Part shown: positions 39,026 through 52,674 of the stretch, one piece after another | Layout: each line of letters begins with the position of its first letter | Numbering within the stretch: position 1 is the first letter of the stretch | NCBI GenBank assembly: GCA_965113315.1 | Contig: OZ220372.1 | Source of the DNA: Podarcis vaucheri | Taxonomy: Eukaryota | Reading direction: 5' to 3' (one strand) | Length of the DNA stretch: 64,000 bases | Made by a program: the position numbers and the translations under genes | Notes under the pieces: generated by a model | Database searches by the model: none | Seen by the model: the letters and a program-made list of their open reading frames with translations, nothing else | Told to the model about the DNA's origin: nothing

Positions 39026-40109
39026 TAGTAGTAATAATAATAAATGCATACAGCCATGGTCTGGCAGGTCTGTATCAGTCCTGTATTCATTGCCCCTTGT
39101 GATGTGGACTGGTGGGACCTAGCACAGGGAACAGTCCCCTGACATTTCAAGGAACAGAGGCAGCCCAGCTATAAAGCAAGGGAAGACTGATTGTGGCCCA
39201 GTTCACACAGTCCTCATGCTGCACAGATGCTATGAATGGGGGGGGGGGTAAGGGACAGGACTCTGTCCACCCTTCCCACTTCATAGATTCCCAGGTTGCA
39301 TGTAGCATACTGACTGCAACATCTGGACCCATGTGCAATGAGTTCTACATACCCCCCCTTTGCAAATGTTGAATAGTTTCTGCCTAGTAAGAAAGTAATC
39401 CAAACTTGGCCATTGAAGAGACAGGCAATTCTGATCCATGGGCATAAATATTTGTTTCAGTGGCGGCTACACAGGGATAATACCTCATGTCTGTAGGTTG
39501 TCCCCCGTGTTAATTAGTGGCAGCAATCAACAGAATGTGATTACCTGGCCAGTCAAAAATTAATTGCAGCTGGGACCCTCTTTATCCCAAGTGTTGAACG
39601 CACAGCAAGCTCATGGGGAAATCTGCTCCTCTTTCTAGCTTCAACCTTGCGGCTAGGAAGGAGAGGCAGAAAATCAGAGGCTCACTCTGCCTCGGCAACT
39701 TCTCTAATCTTGGCATGTACCATGTATGCAGAGCAAGCCAATGCACATCCACCTTTAGCCCTTCAGCTCACAGGTGCATTGACCTGCTCTGCTTTTGTGC
39801 CCTACAAACACCCAGAGCAGCCCCCAGGCACGGAAGAAGAAAATGAAAAGCGCAGGAAGAAGCCTCTCACTAACCCCTGTAGCTTGGAAGTACAGAAACA
39901 TTTGACTTTTGCCTCCAGGTCCAGAGACTAAGCTCACTCAACAGAACCCGTCTCCCTTCTTGCCATGCCAAAGGGATGAGCGAGCCTGCAAGCGGCACCT
40001 GAGGGCAACAACTCTCTCTCCTCCTGGTATTCAGAAGCACACTGCCTCCAACAATGAAAACAAAGCGCAGCCATTAAGGTTTTCAGCTATGCATAGCCTG
40101 ATTCTCCAA

Positions 40110-40362
40110 TTAAATGGGCCATCCTAGTTGGTGGCCATTGCAGCAGCTCATGAAAGCGAATTCCATAGTTCAACTCTGCACTGTGCAAAAAAGGACTTTG
40201 TTTCGTCTGTCCTGAACCTTCCAACATGCAGTTTCATCGGACGCCCCTGAGTTCTGGTGCTTTAGGAGAGGGAGAAAAACTTTATCCAAGCCAAGAATAA
40301 TTTGAGGCATCTCCATCACGACTCCTCTCCTCACCTTTTCTCTAAACTAAAAAGCCCCCAAA
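40110..40362 (-). mobile_element. CR1 LINE fragment
   Basis: Reverse of the CR1 RT C-terminal region (ttctctaaactaaaaagcccc, gagggagaaaaact). Confidence 0.6.
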
Positions 40363-41675
40363 TGTTGCGCCAGCCTGGTCCTTGCCTGGTCTTCTCTCCT
40401 AGCCAGTGGCGTAGCATGGGGGGTGCAGGGGGGGCCGGCCGCACCGACCACAACACCTGGGGGTTAGGGTTAGGGGGCGCAAATTACTTGCCTTGCCCCG
40501 GGTGCTGACAACCCACGCTACGCCACTGCTCCTAGCCAGCAAGTCTGTTTGCGCTGCAACAGCTGTTTGGACCGTGTATCATCTGGTTGCGCTCTTTGTA
40601 GTGGGGGTTAGTGTTTTAACTGCTGGCTAAGTGAATGCAGCTGGGGTGCAGCTGTGATCTAGGGTTCGGCCCCGAAGGGGACAACACGAAAGGGATTCGC
40701 CACTTTTGATCGCCCCTTTGGGGAGATGCTCTGTCAGTCAGGGTACAGAAGTGTAGGCCTGGCACTGTGTGAGACAGGTCTGTGAGCCTCAGACAGGGTG
40801 AGAGCCTAGCTGAGGGGAAATCTGGTTTGGTGGCGTTCCCCCTGCGTGAGAGGCAAGGGGATGAGATCAGCTAGTGGATTTAACATCTACCTCTGAAAGT
40901 GTGGGGTGCCTATTACCACTGGGCCTTAGTTTACTGTTCTGTGGTCCATGAATGGTGGTGTCAACAACTTTTCTGTCCGGATTTTCACTTTTTGAAATAT
41001 GGCAACCCTAGGTAACGCTCCTGAGTGGAGTGGCAGTTGTGAGGCTGTTCCAATTCCAGTGGTGGTGGGCAGGGGAAAGCGTGACTGGAGTTGGGGGGCT
41101 TCATTCTTTGTTCCAGCCCTTTCACTCCACCGGAACTCTCTGTGGGATGTGAAACACAGAGCAGTCAAATACAACATTCCTAGAGTGGACATAAAAAGGG
41201 GATGTCTGGACCAGCCAGTCGGAACTTCCTGCTTCCTCCTGGGCTGGGACAGACTTCCTCTGCATGTGACCAGAGGTGGGCGTGGCCTCACCTGTGCAGG
41301 TAACAAAATACCTCAGGGGAAGCAGACGCCTCTCTCTCTGACTCCATTCCTCAAGGAAGCAACATCTTCTTAGCCTGAGATGCTCTCTTGGCTCCCAGCC
41401 AAGAGAGGTCAAAGGAACTATCTCCTTATGGGATAGATTCCAGGTGTATATATTTAAGTCTGCCTTCTGGGATCCTACTGTGAACAGAATGTGAGTAAAC
41501 TATTTTACATACTTTTATACAAGACTGTGTCTTGTCTATCTTTTTATGAGGGAATAAAGGCGAATTACCAAGGAAACTTATTTTAGAGGCTTATACAAGC
41601 CTGGCAAAGACGTTATCCGCTGTACAAGTTTAAAAAGGGGAATGTTACTCTGCTAAATTGTAGAACTTGTTAACA
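40363..41675 (+). mobile_element. Probable solo LTR (boundaries uncertain), with a nested hAT MITE
   Basis: TGTT...AACA ends, TATA-like cataaaa near 41190, AATAAA near 41553. TSD not cleanly resolved. Confidence 0.45.
40404..40528. mobile_element. hAT MITE with telomere-like repeats (reverse of the 30188 copy)
   Basis: TIR CAGTGGCGTAGC; 8-bp TSD CTCCTAGC; GGGTTAGGGTTAGGG inside. Confidence 0.9.
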
Positions 41676-42059
41676 CAAGTTGGGAAGGCTATAATTTAAC
41701 AATATATCCTCTCCTGCCTCCCTGAACATTCCCACACTCTCTGGTAGCATATCCGCTGAGCCCTCGGATCTGGTGGTTCTGTTGCTGAATCACAGATCGG
41801 TCCACAACAAACTTGACTGCGGATGAGCAGACTGATTTGCCTTGTATTACTGAGACTTGGGTGAGTGAGCTGGGTGGGCCTGACCTTACCCAGCTGTGCT
41901 CTGCCTCTCGGGTTTTCGATACTGTACCAGGCTAGACTGGGTGGGCGGGTGTTGAGGTGGGGGTGCTGCTGTTGTCTACAAGAAGACCATCTCCTCTTGA
42001 CCTTGGAATGGGCTTGGGTCTGCATCTGGTATTGAGCCAGAGAGACACATCAGGGATGC

Positions 42060-42910
42060 TGCTGCTCTACTGACTTCCTTGTAATCCTGACCAGACTGGT
42101 TTAGGTAGTCTCTGTTGGAGGACCCTAAAACAATAATCCTGGGTGATTTCAATATCTACACAGAGGCTGCTGTTGGGCCAGGCAAAAACTTCATGGCCTC
42201 CATGGGTCTTTCTCATATGGTCATCAGTCCCACACACCAGTCAAGGCACACTCTTGATCTTTGCCCCAAGTGATACAAGAATGGACTGAAGATAGGGGGA
42301 CTGCGATGCACTCCCTTATCAGGGTCCGACCATTACCTGGTTAAGTTTGGACTAACAGTGGCAATTCCTCCCTGTAAGGTTGGAGAGCCCAACCTTTGAG
42401 AGGGTGGGATTCCCTCAAAGACTGATGGAACTTGGTGTGTTCCTGAATGCTCTGTTAGGAGTTAGCACAGGATATAGTCCCTGACATTTAAAGGAACAGG
42501 GGCAGCAAGGGAAGGCTGTTTATGGCAAAATGAACTGGGCAGTTAACATGATCATTCCTGAGCATCCTCCTTGGTGTCTGGGAGCCCAAGCATCCCTTCG
42601 CTACTCTGAGGATTTCCAGACAATCTGGATGAGGACCAGAGCACAAGTGGCGCAAATCTCACTCTGCAGCAGACCTAACACTGGTCAGTACACATAACCG
42701 TGCCTACCATGTGGCGGTATTCCTTTTGGCACCTGTTGAAAGCCTGCACAGATGTTTAGAAAGTTTGTAGGAGTTTAAAATTGTTTTAATCTATTTTATT
42801 GCAACTTTTAACCTTCTGTATGTTGTAAATTTTTGTCTTTTTCGTAAACTGCCCTGAGGTTTATTTTCTACCATCAAGCGTTATATAAATTTAATGAAAT
42901 AAATAAATAA
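42060..42910 (+). mobile_element. Decayed L2 LINE (endonuclease remnant plus 3' tail)
   Basis: ILGDFNI, GHTLDL and SDHYLVKF motifs of an APE endonuclease; (AAAT)n tail. Confidence 0.7.
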
Positions 42911-43205
42911 ACCCCAATGAGCAGGAAGGGAAGTGCCACTTGGATTTTCTCTCCTAGGTAATAGATCTTTTTTGGACTGGCTTTGATGAGCAACAAACAT
43001 GCACCTGCCATCCCACCCTTTAAAAAAAAGTGTTTTCTGTGCGTTTAAGGTTCCAACCTCGGCAAGGTAAGTGAATTTCAAGTGGTTTAACAAGATGAGA
43101 AGCTCAGCTTGAAAAAGAGGAAGGAGGAAGTTAACTGCTAATGCACCATTTCTTTTGGGACATGTACAGCGAGCCCGTAATCCAGGAACAAAAGTTTTCA
43201 CTTAC

Positions 43206-43310
43206 CGCAGTGTGACTGGAAAACCTGTGGCTTGACTACCTGATTGCAGATATTGCACACTACTAGATAGAAATCATCATGAGCTGGATAATGGCCAAAT
43301 AAGTGCATAT
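43206..43310 (-). CDS. ATXN7L1: ATXN7L1 exon 3 (105 bp; N-terminal zinc finger)
   Basis: cccacag|AT ATG...TGC G|gtaag; (D)[34 protein letters not shown]. Too short for the ORF track; found by reading the sequence. Confidence 0.96.
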
Positions 43311-44266
43311 CTGTGGGAAAGTTAAAAATATATATATACAAGTATTAGAAGTTGTCATTTCAAAAAAAAATAAATGTTTTTTTTAAGAAAAAGTTAAAAT
43401 TCTACCATACTGTATTTTAAAAAGACACTCAGGGAAAAAATATATTAGTATCACTACAAAGAAGAGAATCTTAGGAATACAGCTTTTCTAACTCTGTAAA
43501 GTCTATATATTTTTCCTTTTTAGTATACCAGGGATGGGACGTCTGATTACCTCAGTGCAAAAAACAACATGCTCAATCGCTGTGACTATCAAAGGTAACT
43601 GGTGTTCAGGTAAAAGAAGAACCAATGCAATTGTCATCACCCCCATCCGAAAAGAAAAAAAGAATCAATTTCTGAAGTTATTTCAAGAAGGAAGCTTACC
43701 CAAAGTTATAGTCATCTAAAGTTTGGCTCCTGATGAAATCTTAAAGAGTGAGGAACTAGTGACAAGGCAAGACAGAAAGGGGAACAAGGAGAAATGTCCC
43801 CTGGTTGTGTTGGTAGTCACAGGAAATGTCAGTGCTGATTACCAATCCTCAACCAGTATTCCCAAGGATGTGTCCTACACAACGCAGACTGAAATGAACT
43901 CCTGGCCAAGGACCCATTGTTTCCACACACATAAGCTGCTGAAGTGCAGCCTTCACTTTTCTCATTAATTTTTACAACCTAGGGGTGAGGTATAGAAATG
44001 ATTGGCATAGAATTTTCCATCAACAACAAACCTGGGAGAATTAATTAGGAAACAATCAGCAGAAAAAAATGACTAGTTTAGTCTGCCCTCGGACTTCTAC
44101 GTCCATGGAACAGAAATCAAATACGAGTCATGGTCTCAACACAGAGAGCAGTGGTGGTGCATCTGTGTGGTAGTGACTGTGTCATCCCCAAAATCCCACT
44201 TAAAGTAGAATCATTGCAATCTCACTCCCCAGTCTCTTTTTAAAATATAGTACATGCAGCAATATA

Positions 44267-44602
44267 CAGTGGTGCCCCCGCAAGACGAATGCCTCGCAAG
44301 ACGGAAAACCCACTAGACGAAAGGGTTTTCCGTTTTTGAGCTGCTTCGCAAGATGAATTACCCTATGGGCTTGCTTCGCAAGACGAAAACGTCTTGCAAG
44401 TGTTCCGATTTTTCCCCGCTCCCCCCCTTTTCTAAGCCGCTAATAGCCTTTTAGCCGCTAAGCCGCTAAACCTTTAATAGCCGTTAATCCGCTAAGCCGC
44501 TAATAGCATTAATCCGCTAATAGGGTTGCTTCGCAAGACGAAAAAACCGCTAGACGAAGAGACTCACGGAACGGATTATTTTCGTCTTGCGAGGCACCAC
44601 TG
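44267..44602. mobile_element. Tc1/mariner MITE (same family as 19387, opposite orientation)
   Basis: TA TSD; TIR CAGTGGTGCC-CGCAAGACGAA; short taagccgc repeats inside. Confidence 0.9.
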
Positions 44603-44740
44603 TACCTATAAGGTATTCTCTTTCACTCTTAAAGAAAGAGGATGATTCAGCTTAGAATGCAATGGTCAATAACTGTCAACATGAGGAGTCGCAGCACTGC
44701 TTTTCACTAATAAGCATAAAAAGCTCACTGTCTGCAAATA

Positions 44741-44921
44741 CTGCATTTACTCGAGTGTAAAGTGCCATGGAATGGAATGCACACCACAATTTTCAGAACC
44801 TTGAAACCAAAAAAAAGTATTTGTTGGCAAATGTAAATGTGCCATCAAATCAAAGGCACACCTTAATTTTCACAACCTAATTTGGCCAAAAAAGGTGGGC
44901 ATTAGATTCGAGTAAACACAG
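44741..44921. mobile_element. Old Tc2-type MITE
   Basis: TA-flanked; ends ctgcatttactcga / tcgagtaaacacag. Confidence 0.7.
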
Positions 44922-46156
44922 TATTCTGAATTCAAAGGCTTCCTTCCTCTACAGGAGGAAGGCTCTTTCAGCCAGAGGAAAGGAACCTTGGGATTCGACC
45001 CTTTGCATTTATCAGTCACCTCCAGTGACTTTAATTAGTGACCTAACAGGTTCTCAGATAAGGGGCAATTCTTAACTCTCACATGCTAATAGGCTTGCAG
45101 CGAACACCAGCCACCCTTCTGAAATATCCCTAACATTTTCTAAAAAGCCTGAACTACCAACTCCATCCATTCTTCAATGATTATGAGGTCAGTCATTCCC
45201 TGGTGTTCCATCTCTTCTCCTGCCACAATTTCAACTCTTTCTTTCTTTCTTAGCTTTAATTTTAAGCAATCGGTATTTCGATTAACCCTTGTTGAAATGA
45301 ATGGTAAAGTGGAACTATGAATGGTTAGACTAACTGAGAGTCCATTTATCTCCAGCAACACCTTTAAAAAGGGGGTTATTCTGTGCACGATGTCAATGAG
45401 GTGTACACCATCCTGTATCACTCCTTGTACCACTTCCAAAGTCCTGCTCTTGACTCCTAAAGCATCTTACCTATGAGAAAACAGAATTTTGTCCATTTCT
45501 CATGACAATTTTATCACAAATGCCACCAGCTTTTAATTCAAGTTGTCCAACGGAAGCCCACAAAACCCCCAGCACACTACATTTAACAGTGGAAGAAGTT
45601 GCAATGTTAGATGCTAACACATTCAAGGTGCAACGCAGAGAAAACGCTGTGTGCCTAAGATTCGCTGAAAATAAAGTGACCGAGCCTAGAGCACATAATT
45701 GTGCACTTGAATTCTACAGACCACAACGAAATTTAGACGCCCAACGTCCCCTAGACTGCACCCAATCCAATGAGATGATGCAATTCAACAGCCTTTAAAA
45801 AGATTCACTAAAGAGGATTACAGGTTTGAAGTTTTAAAAGCACAGAAGGGCTGCACCAATGATTGCTACCACAGCTAAACACACACTTAACGAAGTGGTG
45901 GAACTTTTTCATAAGAAATCACTTTTCAGACTGAAAAGTATGAAATTTCACCTCAATAATGTGTAATTTGGGGAAAACGGCAAATAACCCAGCAGTGTTG
46001 AAAATAAAATATGTAGGAGGGCATTGGCAGTGTTACCATCCTATCTGCAGTCAAAATATTTAGAGCTAATGCACTTAAAACCACTTAATTTCTCTCTCCC
46101 CCCCCCATTTGTTTCCTTCTTTTTGGTCCTCTGAGAACCATAAAGATGACTTACAA

Positions 46157-46331
46157 CAGTGTTGTCCAAAGAGGGCCAGATTTGATGAAGTGGAGGGCCG
46201 TGTGGGCTGTTGGGATTAAAGTTGAAGTTGTTGAGCTTTTTGGGGGGAGTGAAGTTGTTGAGGTTTTTTTTAGGATTTTACCCCAGGAAAATCAGCCACG
46301 GAGCCCCCGAAACGGACTTTCGACATGCCTG
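46157..46331. mobile_element. hAT MITE remnant
   Basis: Related to 2052-2240; near-TSD acttacaa/gcttacat. Confidence 0.6.
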
Positions 46332-49300
46332 GCTTACATTCCTTTTCTTCCCTTTCTGTGTTCAAACACAGTACTTATAAGCCGGGTGTCCTTCACGTCC
46401 AGCAACATGGGGGAGTCCCTGGGTGCCCATGATAGGTGGGCACAGATGGTGTTGCCATGGGTGCTGGGAACATGGCTGCTGTTGCTCCATTCTGTGCCTT
46501 TTGTAGCAGTTTGTTTTCACCCTCCAGTTCTGGACTGGAAAAACAAAGGCTATGGTGGACATCATGCTGACTGACATAGGGGTGGCATCTTTCTCCCTGT
46601 ACTGGGGAACAAGGATTGCTCTGTCAATTAAGCTCAAACGCAAATTCATCTTATCTTCTCAAATGATTTTATTACCCCAAGCAAACTAGTTTACCAGTGG
46701 GACTCCCCATCCCCTTCAACTTGGCCTCTCTTCAGCAGCATAAATCCTAATTCAGATTCCTAGGGAGAAAAATGGGAATCTAGGCTCCATGCCACTCTTG
46801 AAATTTTCAATATCCCTCGCCCAGCACTAAAAGCTCACTAACAGAAGAACAAATCCACTGCCACCATTCAGTTCTCTAATTTGGTTAAAGTAAGCTCATA
46901 AAAAGGAGGGGAAAAAGAAATAGTGGGTCTTCAAAGTAACTCTTTATAAAGGTAAGATACTTAATTAGTTTTTCCCTCCTGCTTTGGAGCGCAATCACAG
47001 ATGGTGTATAAAACTACTGGCAATATTTCCTCTCCCCCTGGAAAAAAACCCCCATAATTGCACAACTATAGCAGATCAAATACATTCATTTTGTTTCCTG
47101 ATTTGTTTGTTTGTTTGTTTGCAAGAGTGCATGTTTTAATGTTCTCTCATAGCTGACTCAGAATAGATGTTTAGATTTCCAAATCATTTATTGGCATTTT
47201 AAATGAAGATATTTGAACAACATCACAATAATTGTTTTTGATAAAATGATGATCGTCCCAAATGAAAGTAGAAATGATTTGTGGTTTGAAGTTATACATA
47301 TGTCCTCTGTGTGTTCTCTTATGTAAATATGTAGATATATTTATCTGTATAAACACACACAATTCCAAGGAGAAGATAATTTAAAGACCTAACCTGCCAG
47401 TATGGATTTTACACAATAGAGTTGAATCACACCACTCAAATCACAGAAAAAGTATTCAGGACTAACAAGAATTCAAAGACTGGAACCATGCAATCCTATC
47501 ATTACCCTTTGAATAAGGTCAAGATGTTCCAAGTGAATTATACCAATTTAGCTGTATGACTCTTTCACAGGAATCACACTCTTACGTCCCCACATTGGAA
47601 CACACGCCGAGAATGGAGCAACAATTTCCAAGTAAATAACTCAGAAATCACTAAAAATGTGGCACGCTGGCCCTGCAAGTTCATTAATCTTAGAAGGGAT
47701 CCCGATTTCATTTAGTGGGGGTAAATGTAAAGTCGGGGGCATGTGCTTTCAGTGGGCAGAGGAGTGCTCAAACAAACAGGTTTAATGAGGAAAGATTAAA
47801 AGATTTGCAGTTTGACACCTGCAAAAATTCTGTGGTTATAAGTAGTAGCAAGGCAACATTTGGCTTTCGGACAAATACATCCCCTTTGGGTGAAAGCAAA
47901 CGCGGGAAGCACAGACAAATTATTTGCGGAGGAGATAGCACTAAAGCAGGTAACAAAAGAAATCCGGCAAGTCATTAAGAGAGTCTCTTGGCAAAGCTTT
48001 AAAACTTCTTTAGCAATTGTGCCAAGATTTGTGAACTGTTTTCACATAAACTCGTGTGTGTGTGTGTGTGTGTAGGGTGGGGAGAGAGAATCAAGCAAAA
48101 GCAGCAAAATTCAGCTGTTTGGAAAAGTCCTGGAATGGGAGATATTCCCAAACAATTCCCCTATGGGTCAGAAAGGAAAACCCAATTTTGCCAATGAGTT
48201 CTGCAAGGTGCAGCCAATCATTGCTCTCCAACAAGTGCACTTTTGCAATACATGTATTTGCCATATTCATAAGTTTATTTTTATTTTTTAAGTGAGTGCC
48301 TAAAAAATAATGTAATGTATAAAGGGATGTATAAATGAAGTAGGGAAATGCTCCCACCACTTCAAAAAGCTGCCTATCTTTGACAAGCCGAGCTTTTCGC
48401 AGGCTGAGCATTTTCTATGCAACACAAAATTATTTATTTTATTTATTTATTTCATAAAATTTATGCACCACTTGGTTGTTAAACCCCCCCCCCACCTCAA
48501 AGCAGTTTACAAAAAGATAAAGCATCAAGAAAAATTCACAACCGCGCTTTAAAACAAAGTTAAAATACTAAAACAGATAAAAAATTACCTGAAATGAATC
48601 TGATCCATCAATGGGAGAGGGGGAAGGCAGAAGGCAAGGAACCCAACTAGCTTACTGACATCCCCTTAAATTGCCCACAATTATGAGAAGCAAAAGATGG
48701 ATTCAGGGGCCTGGTAACCTCATAAAGGTTTCAGGCTTTGAGGTGGAAGGGACTGCAAAAGCACCAGCCTGTTTGCACCTGAGAAAGCCCTTGTTCCAAG
48801 CACAGTTACTCAGAAGTAACTACATACTGAAAACCAGTGGGTCTTTGAAGTCAACACACTTCAGATCACGCTGAAAGTTGTGCTGTATCTTATTTAGGAA
48901 GACAGTAATATATATGCCATAGAACAGTGCATAGGTACAGCATGCTTTTCGCAAGCGTACTAAGTCCCAAAAGACACGACCTACAGCACAATATTTTGCA
49001 TTTGCACACTGTTCTCTGGCCCCTTTCCTTTGCAACTATTCATGATGAAGTCCACCATGTAGAAGCCACAAGTGACAACAGATCCACAGGCCCATCACAA
49101 GGAGTGAAAACCATTTGTTTATCACTAAATTGCTGAATTTCTTGGACCTGTCAGTTCAAAGACTGTAAAGCCATGGTGCTGCACATAATTAAAGCGCTAA
49201 GCCTCTCATGCAACAGTCAATTTGTTATACTGAGCCCATTTTAAGATAATATTCACAGACAATTGCTTTTTCACCAGAATGCATTCAGAGTGAAGTGTGG

Positions 49301-49984
49301 CGTGCTTAATGAGGATGGCCAACCATGATCTCAAGAATGTGTGAGAAATACATTGACAGATTAGTTGAAAAGGGCTGAACAGAGATGCTGCGTTTGGCAG
49401 AGAACGCGGTTATTTTTACTATCTCACATTGTGGTACAGAGTTAAGATTACCTGGCTCAGGAATCTTGCTATCTTCTCACCACTGAAAGGAAACAAGAAG
49501 TTCATGTCCTTTACTTAGTATTTTTAAGCAATGATGCACATTTGTGGTTAATGCCAAGAGGCACAATCCACCAGACATCTCTCCCAACAGAATCTGAACA
49601 GGAAATGAATGGATCACACTGTCTTAATAGACGCTCTAATATTCACAACAGCACAATGTAAAATTGCTACAGATCCAGGGATGAACCTGAGAATGTAGCA
49701 ATTGAACAGGCCAAATTGGAAAGGTGTGTTACATTTTAAATTCCACAACACAGGCAGACATGCAGCTAAAATTTCCAATTTTACTGCACTACAGTAGCAT
49801 TCTTAAAAAATACACACTGTATTTTACCAACTTAACAGTTATAGAAATAAGAAATTATCAAAAGAAGAAAACAGATTTATTCTCCAATAAAGATATAGTT
49901 GTAACAATAAATCCTGTCTTGAATGATAAGAGTAACTTAAACCATAACCCTACTACAAATTGTGGGCCATAGCTGACCCCAAAA

Positions 49985-50012
<28 letters not shown>
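49985..50012. repeat. (GT)n microsatellite
   Basis: Direct observation. Confidence 0.95.
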
Positions 50013-50015
<3 letters not shown>

Positions 50016-50738
50016 AAAAAACCCCTGCCCCCTCCCATGGGAAAAACCCCTTTGCTATTTCACACTTTCTAAACTCTCCTACAATAAAGAGGCTGAAATG
50101 GAAACACCTCAGAATAAACCCCACAATCTCTGAAATTTGGTTCTGTTCTTACACTGAGGATTGCACTGAAAGACAAAGCAGACCGTTAGACTCCAATTAA
50201 AGTGAATAGGGGGCAATCAAATACTTTATCTCAACAACATGGGGGGAAGGGCTGCTGATGACTCCTACATAGTGAAATATTTCATTCAACAACACGATAG
50301 GAATCTATGCTGATGAAAAGTTAAAACAAGGTATGAAAGATTCATTTTTTTTGTTTTATTTTTCAAAATTCATACTTTTTAGTTGAAGGCAAACTGAATT
50401 GCTAACAATGAGGCCCATAACAGACTCCAGAGACCATCCTTCTGCCCTTCAAATAATAAAGTTTCATTTAACATTGCACACCACTTTCATTTGCCTAAAT
50501 TTTACATTGTTATGACTTAACTCTTTGATTCCAATATTGTATTAGTAAAAGACTCCTTATAAGTATAGGAGGGTTTTATAAAAAGCATAAACACTGCTGC
50601 AGAAGAAAAACAGCATTAGCTGAAGAAGGTATTCTCTTTTACCTTATTTGCAATACCATGTGACCAAAGGCAACTTAACATGTGCTCTGTTCTTAAAGGG
50701 GGTGGGGGAACTATATGTCTGTCTGTCTATCTGAAATA

Positions 50739-51241
50739 CCGTATTTTTCACCCCATAGGACGCACCGCCCCATAGGACGCACCTATTTTTTGGGGGGGAG
50801 GGGGAAATAAAGGGGGGAAATTATTTCCCCCCCAGGCACGGGGCAGGTGTGGGGGAAGCCCGAGCTTCCCCCGACCCCAGCCCCCAGAACAGCCTGCTAT
50901 CCGCAAGCCTAGGGAGCTGTGCCGGTCTACCCAGACTTGCGGAGAGCTGCGCGAAGCCCGGGTGCGCTCTTCAGCACGCACCAGGCTTCGGAATGCAGGC
51001 AGCTCTGCGCAACCTTTGGGAGCCCGGCGCGGCTCCCTAGGCTTGCGGATAGCTTCGCGCCGGGCTCTGGAGGGTTGCGCAGAGCTGCGGGAAACCTGGA
51101 GAGTTAGAGGGGTCGGTGCGCACCGACCCCTCTCGCTCTCCAGGCTTCAGCGAAAGCCTGCATTCGCCCCATAGGACGCACACACATTTCCCCTTCATTT
51201 TTGGAGGGGGGAAAGTGCGTCCTATAGGGCGAAAAATACGG
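50739..51241. mobile_element. Tc2/pogo-type MITE with GC-rich core
   Basis: TA TSD; TIR CCGTATTTTTC-CCC-ATAGGACGCAC; CpG-rich interior with internal inverted repeats. Confidence 0.9.
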
Positions 51242-51282
51242 TACCTATGTTCACCAGAATGTGAAAGGAAGATCTTTCAGTG

Positions 51283-52182
51283 CATGGAAGAGGGAACAAG
51301 CTTGCTTTCTCTGGAGGGTAGGACTCGAGGCAATGGCTTCAAGCTACAAGAAGGAAGATTCCGACTAAACAGTCGGAAAAACTTTCTGACAGTAAGAGCT
51401 GTTTGGCAGTGGAACAGACTCCCACAAGAGGCGGTGGACTCTCCTTCCTTGGAGGTTTCTAAGCAGAAGTTGGATGGCCACCTGTCATGGATGCTTTAGC
51501 TGAGATCCCTGCATTGAAGGAGGTTGGACAAAATGACCCTTGGGTGCTGTGATGGCCTGGGACTCGGACTCGGAACCAGAGGAGTCTCGGTCCGCACCGG
51601 ATCCTCTGCCTCAGGTGGCATCTGAACTGAGTCTGGGGCCTGATCCTGAAGAGTCCCAGTCTGCACAGGTTCCTCTGCAACGAACACCAGCTGGGCCAAA
51701 TCAGGGGCCTGAGCCTGCCCTGGCTCCAGATGCGGGGATGACCTCGTTGCCTTCAGTTGGGTAATCACTTACAGCTGCTCCACTACCAGTTGGGTCAGGG
51801 GAGGCTGAGGCGGCCTCTGGGTCTAGTAACCCACCGACATCTCCCGAGATGCAGAGACTCAGGTCTGAGAGAAGGAGAGACCTGAGTACTCGCAGGAGGA
51901 GTGCTCGCTTTTGGGCAAAACAGGGAGGTGAGTCGCTGGGAGATCAGGACCGGCCGTTACCCCGACAGAGATAAAAGGCTGCTGGACCCCGCCCCAGGTT
52001 GCAGGAGCAACATTGCTGCAACCTGCCTGTTATCCTGTGCCTGACCTAGCCCGGTTTCCTGCCTTGGCCCTGTTGGACTGACTCTTCGTGGAATCCTTGG
52101 ATTCAGGACTGGACCTGGACCGCGTTGCTCAGGTTAACCCCTGGGCCCAGGACAGGTGCCTTCCAACTCTAAGATTCTATGA
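51283..52182 (+). mobile_element. CR1 LINE 3' end, split by a solo LTR
   Basis: RTRGNGFKLQEGRFRLNSRKNFLTVRAVWQWNRLP (CR1 RT C-terminus). The tail ccttccaactctaagattctatga resumes after 52154. Confidence 0.88.
51548..52154. mobile_element. Solo LTR (607 bp)
   Basis: TGT...ACA termini; perfect 5-bp TSD GGTGC; interrupts CR1. Confidence 0.85.
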
Positions 52183-52399
52183 ATGTGTACTACACAGCCA
52201 ACAATACTCTTTTGTAATACTTACAGAGGTGAACCAACTCAAATGCTTTTGCCCCATCCACTGTGAGCTGGCAGTGAAATGCATTTTGCGGTGCACAGCT
52301 TCTTTTACGCAAATGGCTTGAGGAAGCACATACATGTTCAAGTTGAGAAGAAAGCTTTCCCAACATGAACAATTCACTTGGGGGAGGTAAATTGAAATA

Positions 52400-52615
52400 C
52401 AATCGTACCTTGGGTTACAAACACCTTGGGTTACAACACTTCGGGTTACAGATTCTGCTCAACCGGAAGTAGTACCTTGGGTTAAGAACTTTACCTCAGG
52501 ATGAGAATAGAAATTGTGCAGCGGCGGCAGGGGGAGGCCCCATTAGCTAAAGTGGTACCTCAGGTTAAGAACAGACCTCCAAAATGAATTAAGTTCGTAA
52601 CCAGAGGTACCACTG
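52400..52615. mobile_element. Tc1/mariner MITE
   Basis: TA TSD; ends caatcgtacct / gaggtaccactg; reverse relative of 55142. Confidence 0.85.
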
Positions 52616-52674
52616 TATCAGTTGCTGTAGCTTCCCGGCCCCCCCCCCAGCTTTAAGAGAGACATTACAGCATA

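Noticed and set aside
5390-43310. Gene could be ATXN7 or ATXN7L2
   Set aside because: Exon peptides and the RTGRIRTLP C-terminus match ATXN7L1 as recalled, and the RINT1 neighbourhood agrees.
45140-45439. 99-aa minus-strand ORF in intron 2
   Set aside because: No recognisable homology or convincing splice sites, and a non-ATG start.
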